Assembly: GCA_001244265.2 (NCBI GenBank)
Contig: CDLV01000004.1
Coordinates: 2,976,001-3,040,000, forward strand
Direction of reading: 5' to 3'
Source of the DNA: Microbotryum violaceum
Lineage: Eukaryota
DNA: 64,000 nucleotides
In this document: one piece after another, positions 12,369-21,725 of the stretch
Position numbering within the stretch: position 1 is the first letter of the stretch
Layout of the letters: the number at the start of each line of letters is the position of its first letter
Translations under genes and position numbers: made by a program
Notes under the pieces: model-generated
What the model saw: the letters and a program-made list of their open reading frames with translations, nothing else
The model's database searches: none
What the model was told of the DNA's origin: nothing

Positions 12369-13185
12369 CCCCCCCGTGCTTTCATGCCACTCAAGCTGCG
12401 ACATCTGTGGGCAAGGATTGAAAGCAATTGACAGTGGGCCAAACCGGGCGGTGTGGAAGATGTTTGACTTTTGGGGGTTGTACGCCTGTAAGGAGCAAGT
12501 TGGAAAAGGGTTGTTGAATGTCGAGGCTGTAGTGATCTGATGACGTGACGGTAGCTGTTGCGAATACGATGGATTTGAATGTGAGTCGGACGTGGTGACC
12601 TCTGAAGGATGTGTGGACACCTTTAGCGGCCATCTGGAAAACAGAGACGATGTTGGCCGGGACGTCCGGCGCGAAATGGACATTGGTGAGTTTCACTGAG
12701 GCACCTAGATTGGTGCGTAGTTCGATGGAACCGATTCCTGTGACTGCGGTCTGGCCGCCGATGCCACTGATGTGACGCGAAGTAGGCATGAGGTTGCCCG
12801 TGAATAGAGAGCGATTGTTGACGATGTGGTAAGGCGAGGCGGAATCCAGGAGGAACTGTGCTGGTTGTGTAGGAGTGTCCGTTGCCGAGATGTGGAACGA
12901 CAAGAAAAAGTCGTCGAGTTCTTGGTGCCGAATGTGGCGCCGTCATTGTGGTTGAACCGTAGTTTGTGATTGTTGGCTTTGCGATGGCTGCAAATGCCGG
13001 GAGCTGTTCTGAGGCTGGTGCTTGGGTGACTGATTTCTTGTTTTTGAGGTCGCGAAGTGCTGATTTGAGCTCGAAGTATTTGTTGCGGTGTTCGGCATCA
13101 GGGCATTGATCAGCCCAGTGTTTGCCCTCGTCGCAGTTTTACTACCTGAGTTGGCTTTTCTAGTCCAACGCGTAAAACACGTCAT
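12223..13185 (-). mobile_element. Internally deleted, 5'-truncated Ty1/Copia element (gag zinc-knuckle remnant plus protease, no IN/RT)
   Basis: FLLDSASPYHIVNNRSLF...LTNVHFAPDVPANIVSV is a Copia protease region; CDEGKHWADQC knuckle remnant at ~13103-13135; runs directly into PPT and LTR. Confidence 0.75.
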
Positions 13186-13584
13186 AATGTTTTACAGTTG
13201 TTCTTAGAGATCAAACAGAACACACTCCCCTAAGGGGCGATGTTCGTCTTTTCCAATGTATCATTGACTTCCTAGGAATGGGAAGTATTAAACCTAAGTT
13301 TCTTTTTTTTAGCTTTTCCTTATCGAAACTAAAGCCAAGCGCCCAGCGGGTTTTGGTTTTTTTTTTTTGCTTTTTTTTTTTTTTGCTCTTTTTTAGAAAA
13401 ACTAAAAAAAAAAGGAGAGTCCTTTTTCGAAACTAAAGGACAAAAAGATAAAAATAATAAACTAGAGAGATGAAAAAGGGAGGGAAGGCAAGATCGCCCT
13501 TTTCCCATTTTTACCCTTATTACTACCTCTATATATATATAAAAAAGGTGAGTTAAGGAATGTACCTAAAATCGCTGTTTTTAA

Positions 13585-13608
13585 CTAGGTTGCGGCCCGG
13601 AGGGCCGC
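13585..13608 (-). mobile_element. Helitron-type 3' terminus of a second family (5' end not identified)
   Basis: Minus strand reads GCGGCCC-TCC-GGGCCGC hairpin + AAC + CTAG followed by T, the same architecture as the end at 19492. Confidence 0.5.
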
Positions 13609-14154
13609 CTGTGGTGGATGTACCAGCATACTGTTGTGTCTGCCGCACCTGCCTGTGGCGTCGGGGTTCCGATCAGAAGTCATGTACAAGCCCTGTGGTG
13701 ACTTTTGTGCTTTCCACGCGGTTCCAACGAAGCTACAGCGCTCCTAGTATTTTCTTTCCTTTTTCAGTTGACGTCAAACAATGCTTACACTTATTTTTCA
13801 TTTAATGGACGGCAAGCGCGTGGCTTTGCATGTCATTGCTTCTACAGCACAGCTCCGCCTGGCGCCCGGCGGCGGACGCGCGGGGGACGAGGTGACGAGC
13901 TTGAGGAGGCGAGGCACGAGGATCACGTAATAATGTTGAGCTGAGGATCACGTAATAGAGCTTGGTTGATGATCACGTAAGAGTCGGGGGCGAGAGGGTT
14001 GTGAGTGTGTAGTTGGAGGAGAAGAAAGCAGTGCAGGTGCCGAAGCGGGGAGAGGAGGTCCGAGGCGCGGGAAGGCCGAGGTCACGCGGATGACGAGAGT
14101 GCTGAGAGGCCGAACTCGGAGTGGCGAGCTTCCATTCGTGACAGTACCCCCGGG

Positions 14155-14760
14155 TTAATCGTCGAGCTCCACAAAGGGCACGACTTGTGGCCAGTTTGTT
14201 TGTTCTTCAGTGACAAGCTGTCGCATTGCTGCATTCATGTCACGATGGACTCGCTCAATTTTTCCGTTTGTTTGCGGGTGGTATGAGGTGGAGAAGGACA
14301 ATGTAGTTCCCAGGAGTTGCCACAAGTTTTGCCAGAAGGCTGCGCGGAAAACCTTATCATTGTCCATTGTGATCTCCTTTGGGATACCCCATCTAGGATA
14401 AACAAAGGCAATGAATAATTTCGCTGTTTTTTCCGCGGTGAGTGCGGTTAAATTGCACGGGATCATGATGACTTCGCCGGTGAGGCGGTCAATCGCGTTG
14501 AGGAGGTAGTCCACGTTGGCGCCGTTGATGTCTCGGGCCTTGGGGAACGGGCCCTGAAAATCCAAGTGAATGTTGTCATATGGGTGATCAGGTACCGGAA
14601 GGGAGTGTAGCAGCCCCATAGGGGTGGGGGGCTTGCATGCCTGGCATGATGGGCAAGTCATTCCAAATTTCTTTGCTTGCATTGCCATTCCTGGCCAGTA
14701 GAACTTATCTTGAAGCCATCCGACGAGGCGGTACGCCTCGGCGTGTCCAAGCACGGTGCG
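14155..14760 (-). pseudogene. Ty3/Gypsy integrase fragment
   Basis: LGH..FYWPGM..CPSCQ, IHLDFQGPFP, ITMDNDKVF, STSYHPQTNGKIERV (integrase zinc finger plus DDE core); truncated at both ends. Confidence 0.9.
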
Positions 14761-14807
14761 GTAAGGATACGGGAGGTGCGGTAAGGATACGGGAGGTGCG
14801 GTAAGGA
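14756..14807. repeat. 20-bp tandem repeat x~2.6 at the breakpoint of the integrase fragment
   Basis: GGTGCGGTAAGGATACGGGA repeated. Confidence 0.85.
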
Positions 14808-14940
14808 CACAGAAATTTTGAATCACTACAAGTCTTGCAATACACATGCTATCATGTAGTCCACCATTCAGAAATAGTTATATGTTGATGTTACAATATC
14901 AAGATGAACAGATTTGGTTGTGTATTGGCGTTAACTCATG

Positions 14941-15714
14941 TGTAAGGATATATCCTTACATGTGTCGTGGCCGAAGCGCGCGCGACCTCTACCCTCCTTG
15001 CAGTAAGCCGTGCTCGCACGCCTGCCCCTCTTGCAATAAGCCGTGCGCCGCACGCCTGCCTCGAGCCTTGGTCTGTAAGCCGCACTTGCGCAAGAGTTTA
15101 CCAATCCAGCTCCTGCCGCACCTTTCAGTTCCCACTGCTTGCCGTTGCCGTACCAGTATCGCTGTGTACCTCTGCCACCTCCTGCCAAGGTCAGTGGCCT
15201 TCCTTGAACTCTTCCTGCCGCCAATTGGCTGACAGGTTCCGAGCTTCTCACAGGACCCCCCCCCCCCCCCCCCCCCCCGGCGATACCGTACAGCTTCCGC
15301 CTTCCAGTCTTCTGCCTTACCAGTTGACGACGAACAGCTGCCACTGTGTATGCCTCTCTTTTTCAACACTCCTTGTTGGATGGTTGACTGACGCTCCATA
15401 CTTTGTATGCAGCCGTCTGCCCGCATCTGCCAGTGCTGCGCCTCTTTCGGGTTCGCCTGCGTCTCGCTCGAAGAGCTGAGGTACATCACCCCTTTCAGGC
15501 TCTACCTTAGGGTACTCCTGCTTTCGACTGTCCTTGTTGGACACGTTGACTGACTTGGCTACCTTGCTACACAGACCCAACCTCGACGTACCAGCGTCCG
15601 AGGTCTGTTTCCTTTGCTGTCTTGTCTCCAAGCGACACGCTTTACAAGCATAGGTATGCCATAGTCCTCAGAGTCTTTGCAGTATTCCGAGTACTAATAC
15701 AATCGCGCTTTACA
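14941..15714. repeat. Possible solo LTR-like segment
   Basis: Starts TGTAAGG, candidate ends ...TTTACA at 15646 or 15714, short internal tandem repeats and a long C-run. No TSD found. Confidence 0.25.
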
Positions 15715-15989
15715 AGCATGGTCGTTCTATCTTCGTCTCCTCCCACCCACCCTTCAAAATAAATAAATACAAAAACAGCCTTGTTGGTCTATTTCTTTCC
15801 TTTACTTTCTTATCTATGGTCTCTCGTGGGTAGATTTTCAACCCATCCCGTTTGTTACGGGATGCCTGGTTCTTATGCTGCAAATCCGACTCCATCCCAG
15901 CTATTTCGGTTCGCATTGCGCTCTTACGATGGAGTCGACGGAACTAAGGGAGATGCTGCCCAGTATGCACGATGATGACCACAACCAGA

Positions 15990-17340
15990 TTTTTTTTTTT
16001 TTCTTTGACTGGGGCTCATAAATTGCTATCCTTCGGGTTGGCTGGGACCGCTACAAAAAGAGCTAAAGGAGGTTATAAAGCAACGACGGCAAGCAGTTGG
16101 GTGAAAGTCAAACCCCTGCGCGCAAAGAGCGCTGCGCAGATCAAAACCCGCCGAGCACCTAACGCGGACTCCAACGGGCGGTGAGTACTGCTGCCGCTTC
16201 ACGTCCCAAGAGCGGGAGCAAAGATACTCGAAAACCAGGCAAGAGCGCCTAGAGAAAGAAGGGGAGAGTATACAGAAAGTCACAACTGGGGATACGGAGA
16301 ACCAGGAATACTAAGACAGAGAGGAGGGGAACACACCCGAGGGGCCAAAGGAGGGGGTCGAAGCCGGAGGTAGAGGTCCCCAGGGACTAACAGGCCGCAG
16401 CCAAGCCCCAGCTACTCGTCACCCCGACAGCGCCTGATGTCCTCCCTTGGCTAAATCTCGAGTGCTGGCTGTTGAGCCGTCGGGGCCGAAAGAAAAGCGA
16501 TCCAGTACAACGAAACGAGCCTCGCCTTGACGCGAGGATATTGACCAGAAACGAGCGACCTTCCTTCCCGAGCCATGCCGTAGATCTTGACCAACGCGAA
16601 CGAACGAACCATTCAACGGAACCCAACACACGGCTTAGGAGTAAAAGGAGAAGTGGCTGAAGCGTAGTCAACAACGGAGCAACAGGAACGAGAAGAGGAA
16701 GGGAAGGGGAAAAAGGGGGGAAAGGAGAGGGAAAAACTTCACAAAGCCTCCAACGCAAAGACAATCAACCTGGCTTGCCGATCCATCCAAGAACAAAAAA
16801 CCGCTACTGCGCAAAGTAGAGAGAGAGAGAGAGAGGTGCGCAGCCTTCCACTGCGCAACAAGTTCCAAGACAGTCAGCTTCTAAAAGAGGAGTCGACCTC
16901 CGAAAAAGAAGGGAGGAAAGGAGGGGAGGAAAATGGGAAGGAAGGACTTAACTCGGTCATCACACCTCCCAATCTCGAGCCCCAGGCACAAAACCCGCTC
17001 GAGAGAGAAAATCTCGCTCGAACGCTCTGAGTGCACTGGGGAGCGAGGGAGGGGCCACGACCTTGTCCAGCTCGAACCGTTGATGAACGCGCCAGCGGAG
17101 CAGGTGCAGCCGCTGGAAGCCGATCGCGCAGGCCAGCCGAACCCACATCCATCTCGAGGTCGTTCTCCCACGACCCCGCAAAAGGGGGAGCCCCATAGTC
17201 AGCTGCTCCGGAGTGAACGTCGACGGATCGACGTCGGTATCCTCGATGCCGAGCTTGTCGAACAGAATGCGAAGCACCCCACCCCAGAAGCGCTTCCTAT
17301 CGCTCTGAGAAGTCCCATCACGGAGAACATCAGTCTCTTA
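15990..17340 (-). mobile_element. 5'-truncated non-LTR retrotransposon remnant (ORF C-terminus, long 3' UTR, poly-A)
   Basis: A13 tail on the minus strand (15990-16002). ORF 16960-~17300 (RFWGGVLRILFDKL...LHLLRWR) resembles the region after the LINE ORF2 zinc finger. Confidence 0.4.
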
Positions 17341-18092
17341 TGTAGAACAAAGTTTTTTGTTTTTTTTGTATGAAACTCATCGCTAATTTGCAAGACGAGA
17401 AACCCCCCTACGGAACTAAAGGTGATGTTGCCCAGTATGCACGTTGATGACCACAACCGCCGCTCGATGCGTTGTAACTAGCAGAACAGACCAACCCGAT
17501 ACATCCGAGTTCAAGTCCCCCCACCCACGGTTGCTCCCTCCCAGAGACGAATGAAAGGAAGATTGAAGATAATACACGGGGAATCTGGAAACGATGGAAG
17601 AAATGTTGGTGGTGGTACATGTGTTGTACAGGTGAATCCGATCATAGTTGTACAGTTGAACCTTCTTCGATCTTTTGACTTCAGACCCCCCTGAGACTGC
17701 CATACTCCTTGAGGCCCTTAATTCTTTGAGACGCGTCGAACAAGGCCTCCGATGGCACAAACATCCCGCTCAATCCGAATGATTCACGTGGTCCAAAAGG
17801 GGAATGTAACCCCTGCGACCGCAGCAATCACATACCCCTTGTACCCGTCTGCGCTGGATCTCCACCGCGGAGTCCAACCCCCTTTTCGGTTACCAAAGTC
17901 TGCCCCCCCCTCGCGACCGCACGACCCCAGATCACCCCCATTTCAATGACTGCAACTGCGAAACAGGCCTACTTCGCACAAAAACACACAATCCAGAGAT
18001 TTCCGGGGAAAGTCATGGAGCATGTGACAGTCCATTGGACAGGTCTAAGGGGAAGTGTGGAAGGTGTTAGTAGACCTTGCACTGATATCAGG

Positions 18093-18164
18093 GGCCGGAT
18101 AGCTTAGTGGTCAAAGCTTTTCCGATTAGTGGAAGCGACCCAGGTTCGACTCCTGGTCCAGCCA
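18093..18164 (+). tRNA. tRNA-like 72-nt cloverleaf with non-canonical anticodon loop (pseudo-tRNA or SINE head)
   Basis: Acceptor GGCCGGA/TCCAGCC (one mismatch), D arm GCTT/AAGC with A-box TAGCTTAGTGG, stem TTTCC/GGAAG with loop GATTAGT, T arm CCAGG-TTCGACT-CCTGG, T8 run at 18171. Confidence 0.7.
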
Positions 18165-18214
18165 TTCTTATTTTTTTTGTTGATCATTTCGGGATCATCG
18201 TTGATTCCAACACG

Positions 18215-19491
18215 AACAAATCTCAAGCTTGGAGGTGAAGAACTGCGGGCCCGTTGCACTTGCCATGCGATATTGAGACTGCGTGCTGCTGGTGCAGGTT
18301 GACTCAACGAACCAGTTTGCGCGATGTCGTGTTGATCGGTTTCGCGCTGCTGCTTCTCGCGAAGGCGTCGTTGCCGCTGAGCTTCGGTGATTGTTCGAGG
18401 TTGCTGGCGGCGGTGTCTGTGCGATTAGAGCGGGAGTCGGGAGGAGTCGGAATGTGCGGAGGAGGAACGCGAGCAGCTGCCGACGTCTCTGCTGCCCCGC
18501 TGCTCTCCGTGAAGATTGTTGTACAGGAGACGGGATGTGAAAGCTTGCAGATGACTCTTCGGCAGTGGCAGAACTGGATGGTTGAAGGGACTACGCTACG
18601 ATGTGGCAGGCACGCAAAACAGGTTGTCTGGGAATGAGTAATATCTTTGCTCTTGCTCACTGTGCCGTCGTTGGGCGGGGCTCATGCGATACGTCCGGGT
18701 CGTGCTATAGACGGTGGGGGAGGATGTTAGTCACTCCCCTTTTATGACGCTCTTCATTGAGTTCTCATCGTTGTCGAGGTCGCACGTTGGGCGGTCTCGT
18801 CTCGTCGCGCGGGCGCTCGAGATCTTGAATACCTGATCTCGGGTATCGAGCTCTATTTCAAGTTCACATCGCTGACCGTACTCACTTCCTTGTTCGATCA
18901 ATCTTAGACGGAGGCCAGGGTGGCGTGAGTGTCACGACACGTTCAGTTCTCATCGGTGCATCAGCTAACCTCTTGCCCTTCCTACCCGATGTCACACAGT
19001 ACGGTGGAGGAGGATGTAAGTCACCTTTGACACTAATGGCATCCTACCCGTCGTTGTCGGCAGACAAGCTTCGCTTTTCTGTTTCTGTCGAACACACGCG
19101 ATTGCTCTGTGCTCGGGGCATTGGCTGACCTCGTAACTCGTCCTGGCTCCCACTAGACGGTGGAGGATACGGCCAACAGCAGGGTGGCTACGGCGGCCAG
19201 CAGTCCTACGGCTCGGGCGCCCCCTACGGCCAGCAATCTTACGGCCAAGCTGGCTACGGTGGCCAGCAAGGTTACGGCCAACAACAAGGAAGCAGATAGT
19301 CATGTGCCAGGCCGCTTTGATGGTGAATGGAGCCTCGGCGAACGTGGACAAAACGACCTGTGGCTGGCCAAACCATTCTGAACAGCGCTAGCTAGCTGGG
19401 ACGCGCTGGACCGAGAGCTGGCTATGACGTCACGCCACGTGGTTTGTCTCGTTCTAGAACGTTCTTTGTCTCGACAATGCTTTTTATTTTA
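18215..19491 (-). mobile_element. Non-autonomous Helitron copy C (3' end missing) with internal captured gene fragment
   Basis: 18215-18633 and 19290-19480 are homologous to Helitron B (21790-22400) in element orientation, and share the 5' subterminal motif AGACAAACCACGTGGCGTGACGTCAT. Confidence 0.75.
18634..19289 (+). pseudogene. Captured fragment of a Gly/Tyr/Gln-rich low-complexity protein gene (glycine-rich RNA-binding-protein-like tail) with micro-exons
   Basis: Exons 18711-18725, 18908-18924, 19000-19015 and 19157-19289 have GT-AG introns with GCTRAC branch sites and splice in frame to YGGGGYGGQGGYGGGGYGGGYGQQQGGYGGQQSYGSGAPYGQQSYGQAGYGGQQGYGQQQG. Confidence 0.8.
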
Positions 19492-21723
19492 CTAGGTTCG
19501 GCGGCGCGCTCCGCGCGCCACCTCACATTGAGAATCAGCAGTTGCAGATGGCTACGGTTCTACGCTGCTTTCATCTATCTTCTGATCTCCTGGAGGTGGA
19601 CTGATTCGTCGTGATTTGGCAAAGTGAGGGTCGGGCAGAGAACTGTGCAGGACCGGAACGGAACGCTCTCGCTCAAGACTTTCCTGTTGACGACGTCTTT
19701 GCTGATCTTGAGACCTTCGAGAGATCGCAACGTTCGCAGGTGGTGGATCCATTGGATGAAGTTGATTTTCCGGCAGTGGAAGCAGTGCAATTGGTGACTG
19801 TGCGGCGACATCCACCGGGACAGAGTGGACGTTGGGCGTTGGCCGAGGTGGAGGCGATTGATTGATAGAATCAAATTTGCTGCCTTTCCCGGAGTCTCCG
19901 CAATTGTTGTGCCCTAAATCTTCTGGAAATAAAATGATCCGTCGATGTTGATGCGGTAGAGGCAGGGTTCGGCGAAAAACTGTGTGGGACCGGACCGGAA
20001 CGCTCTCGCTCGAGCCTTCGTCGTTGCTGGCCTTCAGACCTCCGAGACGTTGTGCAACTATCATTATTCTTGCTGTTGTCCATCTCTAGCAAGGGCAGTA
20101 AAGACTCACATTTAGTGTGCCAATGACCCGGATTCTCAACCGTACGAAGTCAAGCAGCACCCCAACTTCCCCCCAGAAGTCAGCATTCCATGAAGCAAGC
20201 GTCGACGATTTATGCAGGCGATGACTTGAGAATAACGGGAAGGCATTGCTTCGGTTTCCTGTGATGTTACAGTCCAACCGGTCAGTTATTCATGCTGCCC
20301 TGCGCTTTGCTTTTGAAAGATTGGCACACACTTGCCAACGCGATGGTCACCCCACCAAACCGAGCCATGGAATAACGGGATGGCATTGCTTCGGATCCCC
20401 TGTGATGTTACAGTCGATGTTACAGTCCAACCAGTCAGTCAGTCATGCTGCCCTGCGCCTTGCTTTTGAAATATTGGCACATACCTGCCAACACGACGGT
20501 CACTACACCGAACCGAGCCGTGGAATAACGGAAAGACATTGCTTCGGATTCCCTGTGCTGTTACAGTCGAACCGGTCATTAGTCATGCTGCCCTGCGTTT
20601 TGCTTTTGAAAGTTTCGCACACACCTGCCAACGTGATGGTCACCCCACCGAACCGAGACATTGAGGACCTGCCACGGGATGGTGAGCCGCAAGTCACGCG
20701 ACCAGAGCCTGTTTTCTGGCATGATTCGTTACAACTATCAGTATTCTCGCTGTTGTCCATCTGTAGCAATGGCAGTGAAGACTCACATTTAGTGTCCCAA
20801 TGACCCGGCGGATCTTCAACCGTACAAAGTCAATCCTTCCGCTGTTTCACTGACGTTCAATGTCTGTTTTTGGTGTCAGTTTTTCCGTCATATCTAAGAC
20901 TGCACAGCCATGTCAAGGGAGGACCCACGTATGCAATGTCACCAGCTGAAGGTGAAGAAACAACTCGAGGGTTGACACTCCTCGAAGAGGAAGTGTTGAA
21001 TGGAATTTCTGCTTGGTAGTTTTCCATTAGCTTCTGAACAACACAGCAAGAGCACAATCCATGAAGTTACTTACTCGAATTCGTAGCTATGTTGCTTGCA
21101 GCCATTTCTTGATTCCGTATTCGTTGCAGAGCTTCCACGGCAACCGCTTCGGATGTCGGAAGCTTGAGGTGGCGACGGGATGAGGTGCGATGGGTAAGGT
21201 GTGAAGAGCAGGAGGGAGAAAGATGGAGAAGCCTGCGCCTCAGTTTAAACCGGACTCATAGAATGTCGCGGAAGGCTGCGGAACATTGTGGAGTGAAGCC
21301 CGAAGCAGAGGGTCACGTGCCCAGCTGCTTTGATGGGAAATGGAACCTCGACAAACGTTGGAACCTCGGCGAACGTGGACGGAACGGTTTGTCGCCACGT
21401 GGTTTGTCTCCCGTTCTCTGACGTTCTTTGACATTGACGTGGTAGACTTTATAGTCGTTGAACGTTTCCTATACATACCAGTTTCTTGCTTCGCGCGCTT
21501 CCTTTTAAAAAATCAAAGATAAGCAAACCGCGATGCTTTAACAGCATTGTGAAATTTCCTAAACGGTCTGAAACAGCGCTAGCTAGCTGGGACGCTGGAC
21601 CGACAGCTGCTATGACGTCATGCCACGTGGTTTGTGCCACGTGGTTTGTCTATGTCTCAGGACGTTTTTTATTTTATAAGTTTTAAGGATTAAGGATAAG
21701 GATAAGGATTTAAGGATTAAGGA
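19492..21723 (-). mobile_element. Non-autonomous Helitron A, copy 1
   Basis: Minus strand starts A|TCCTTAATCC and ends GGTGGCGCGC-GGA-GCGCGCCGCC hairpin + GAAC + CTAG|T. No Rep/helicase motifs seen. Confidence 0.85.
20232..20657. repeat. ~140-bp internal tandem repeat x3 in Helitron A (present in every array unit)
   Basis: Recurring GGCATTGCTTCGG...GTTACAGTC...CATGCTGCCCTGCG...GCTTTTGAAA...CCGAACCGAG. Confidence 0.85.
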
Positions 21724-21725
21724 TA

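Noticed and set aside
13260-13560. AT-rich tract as RIP-degenerated DNA or an origin
   Set aside because: Mostly long A/T homopolymers, with no unmutated partner in the window for comparison.
17416-17949. Restriction-like endonuclease end of a CRE/R2-type element
   Set aside because: Only a vague K..K..Y resemblance upstream of an A-rich tail; not enough to call.
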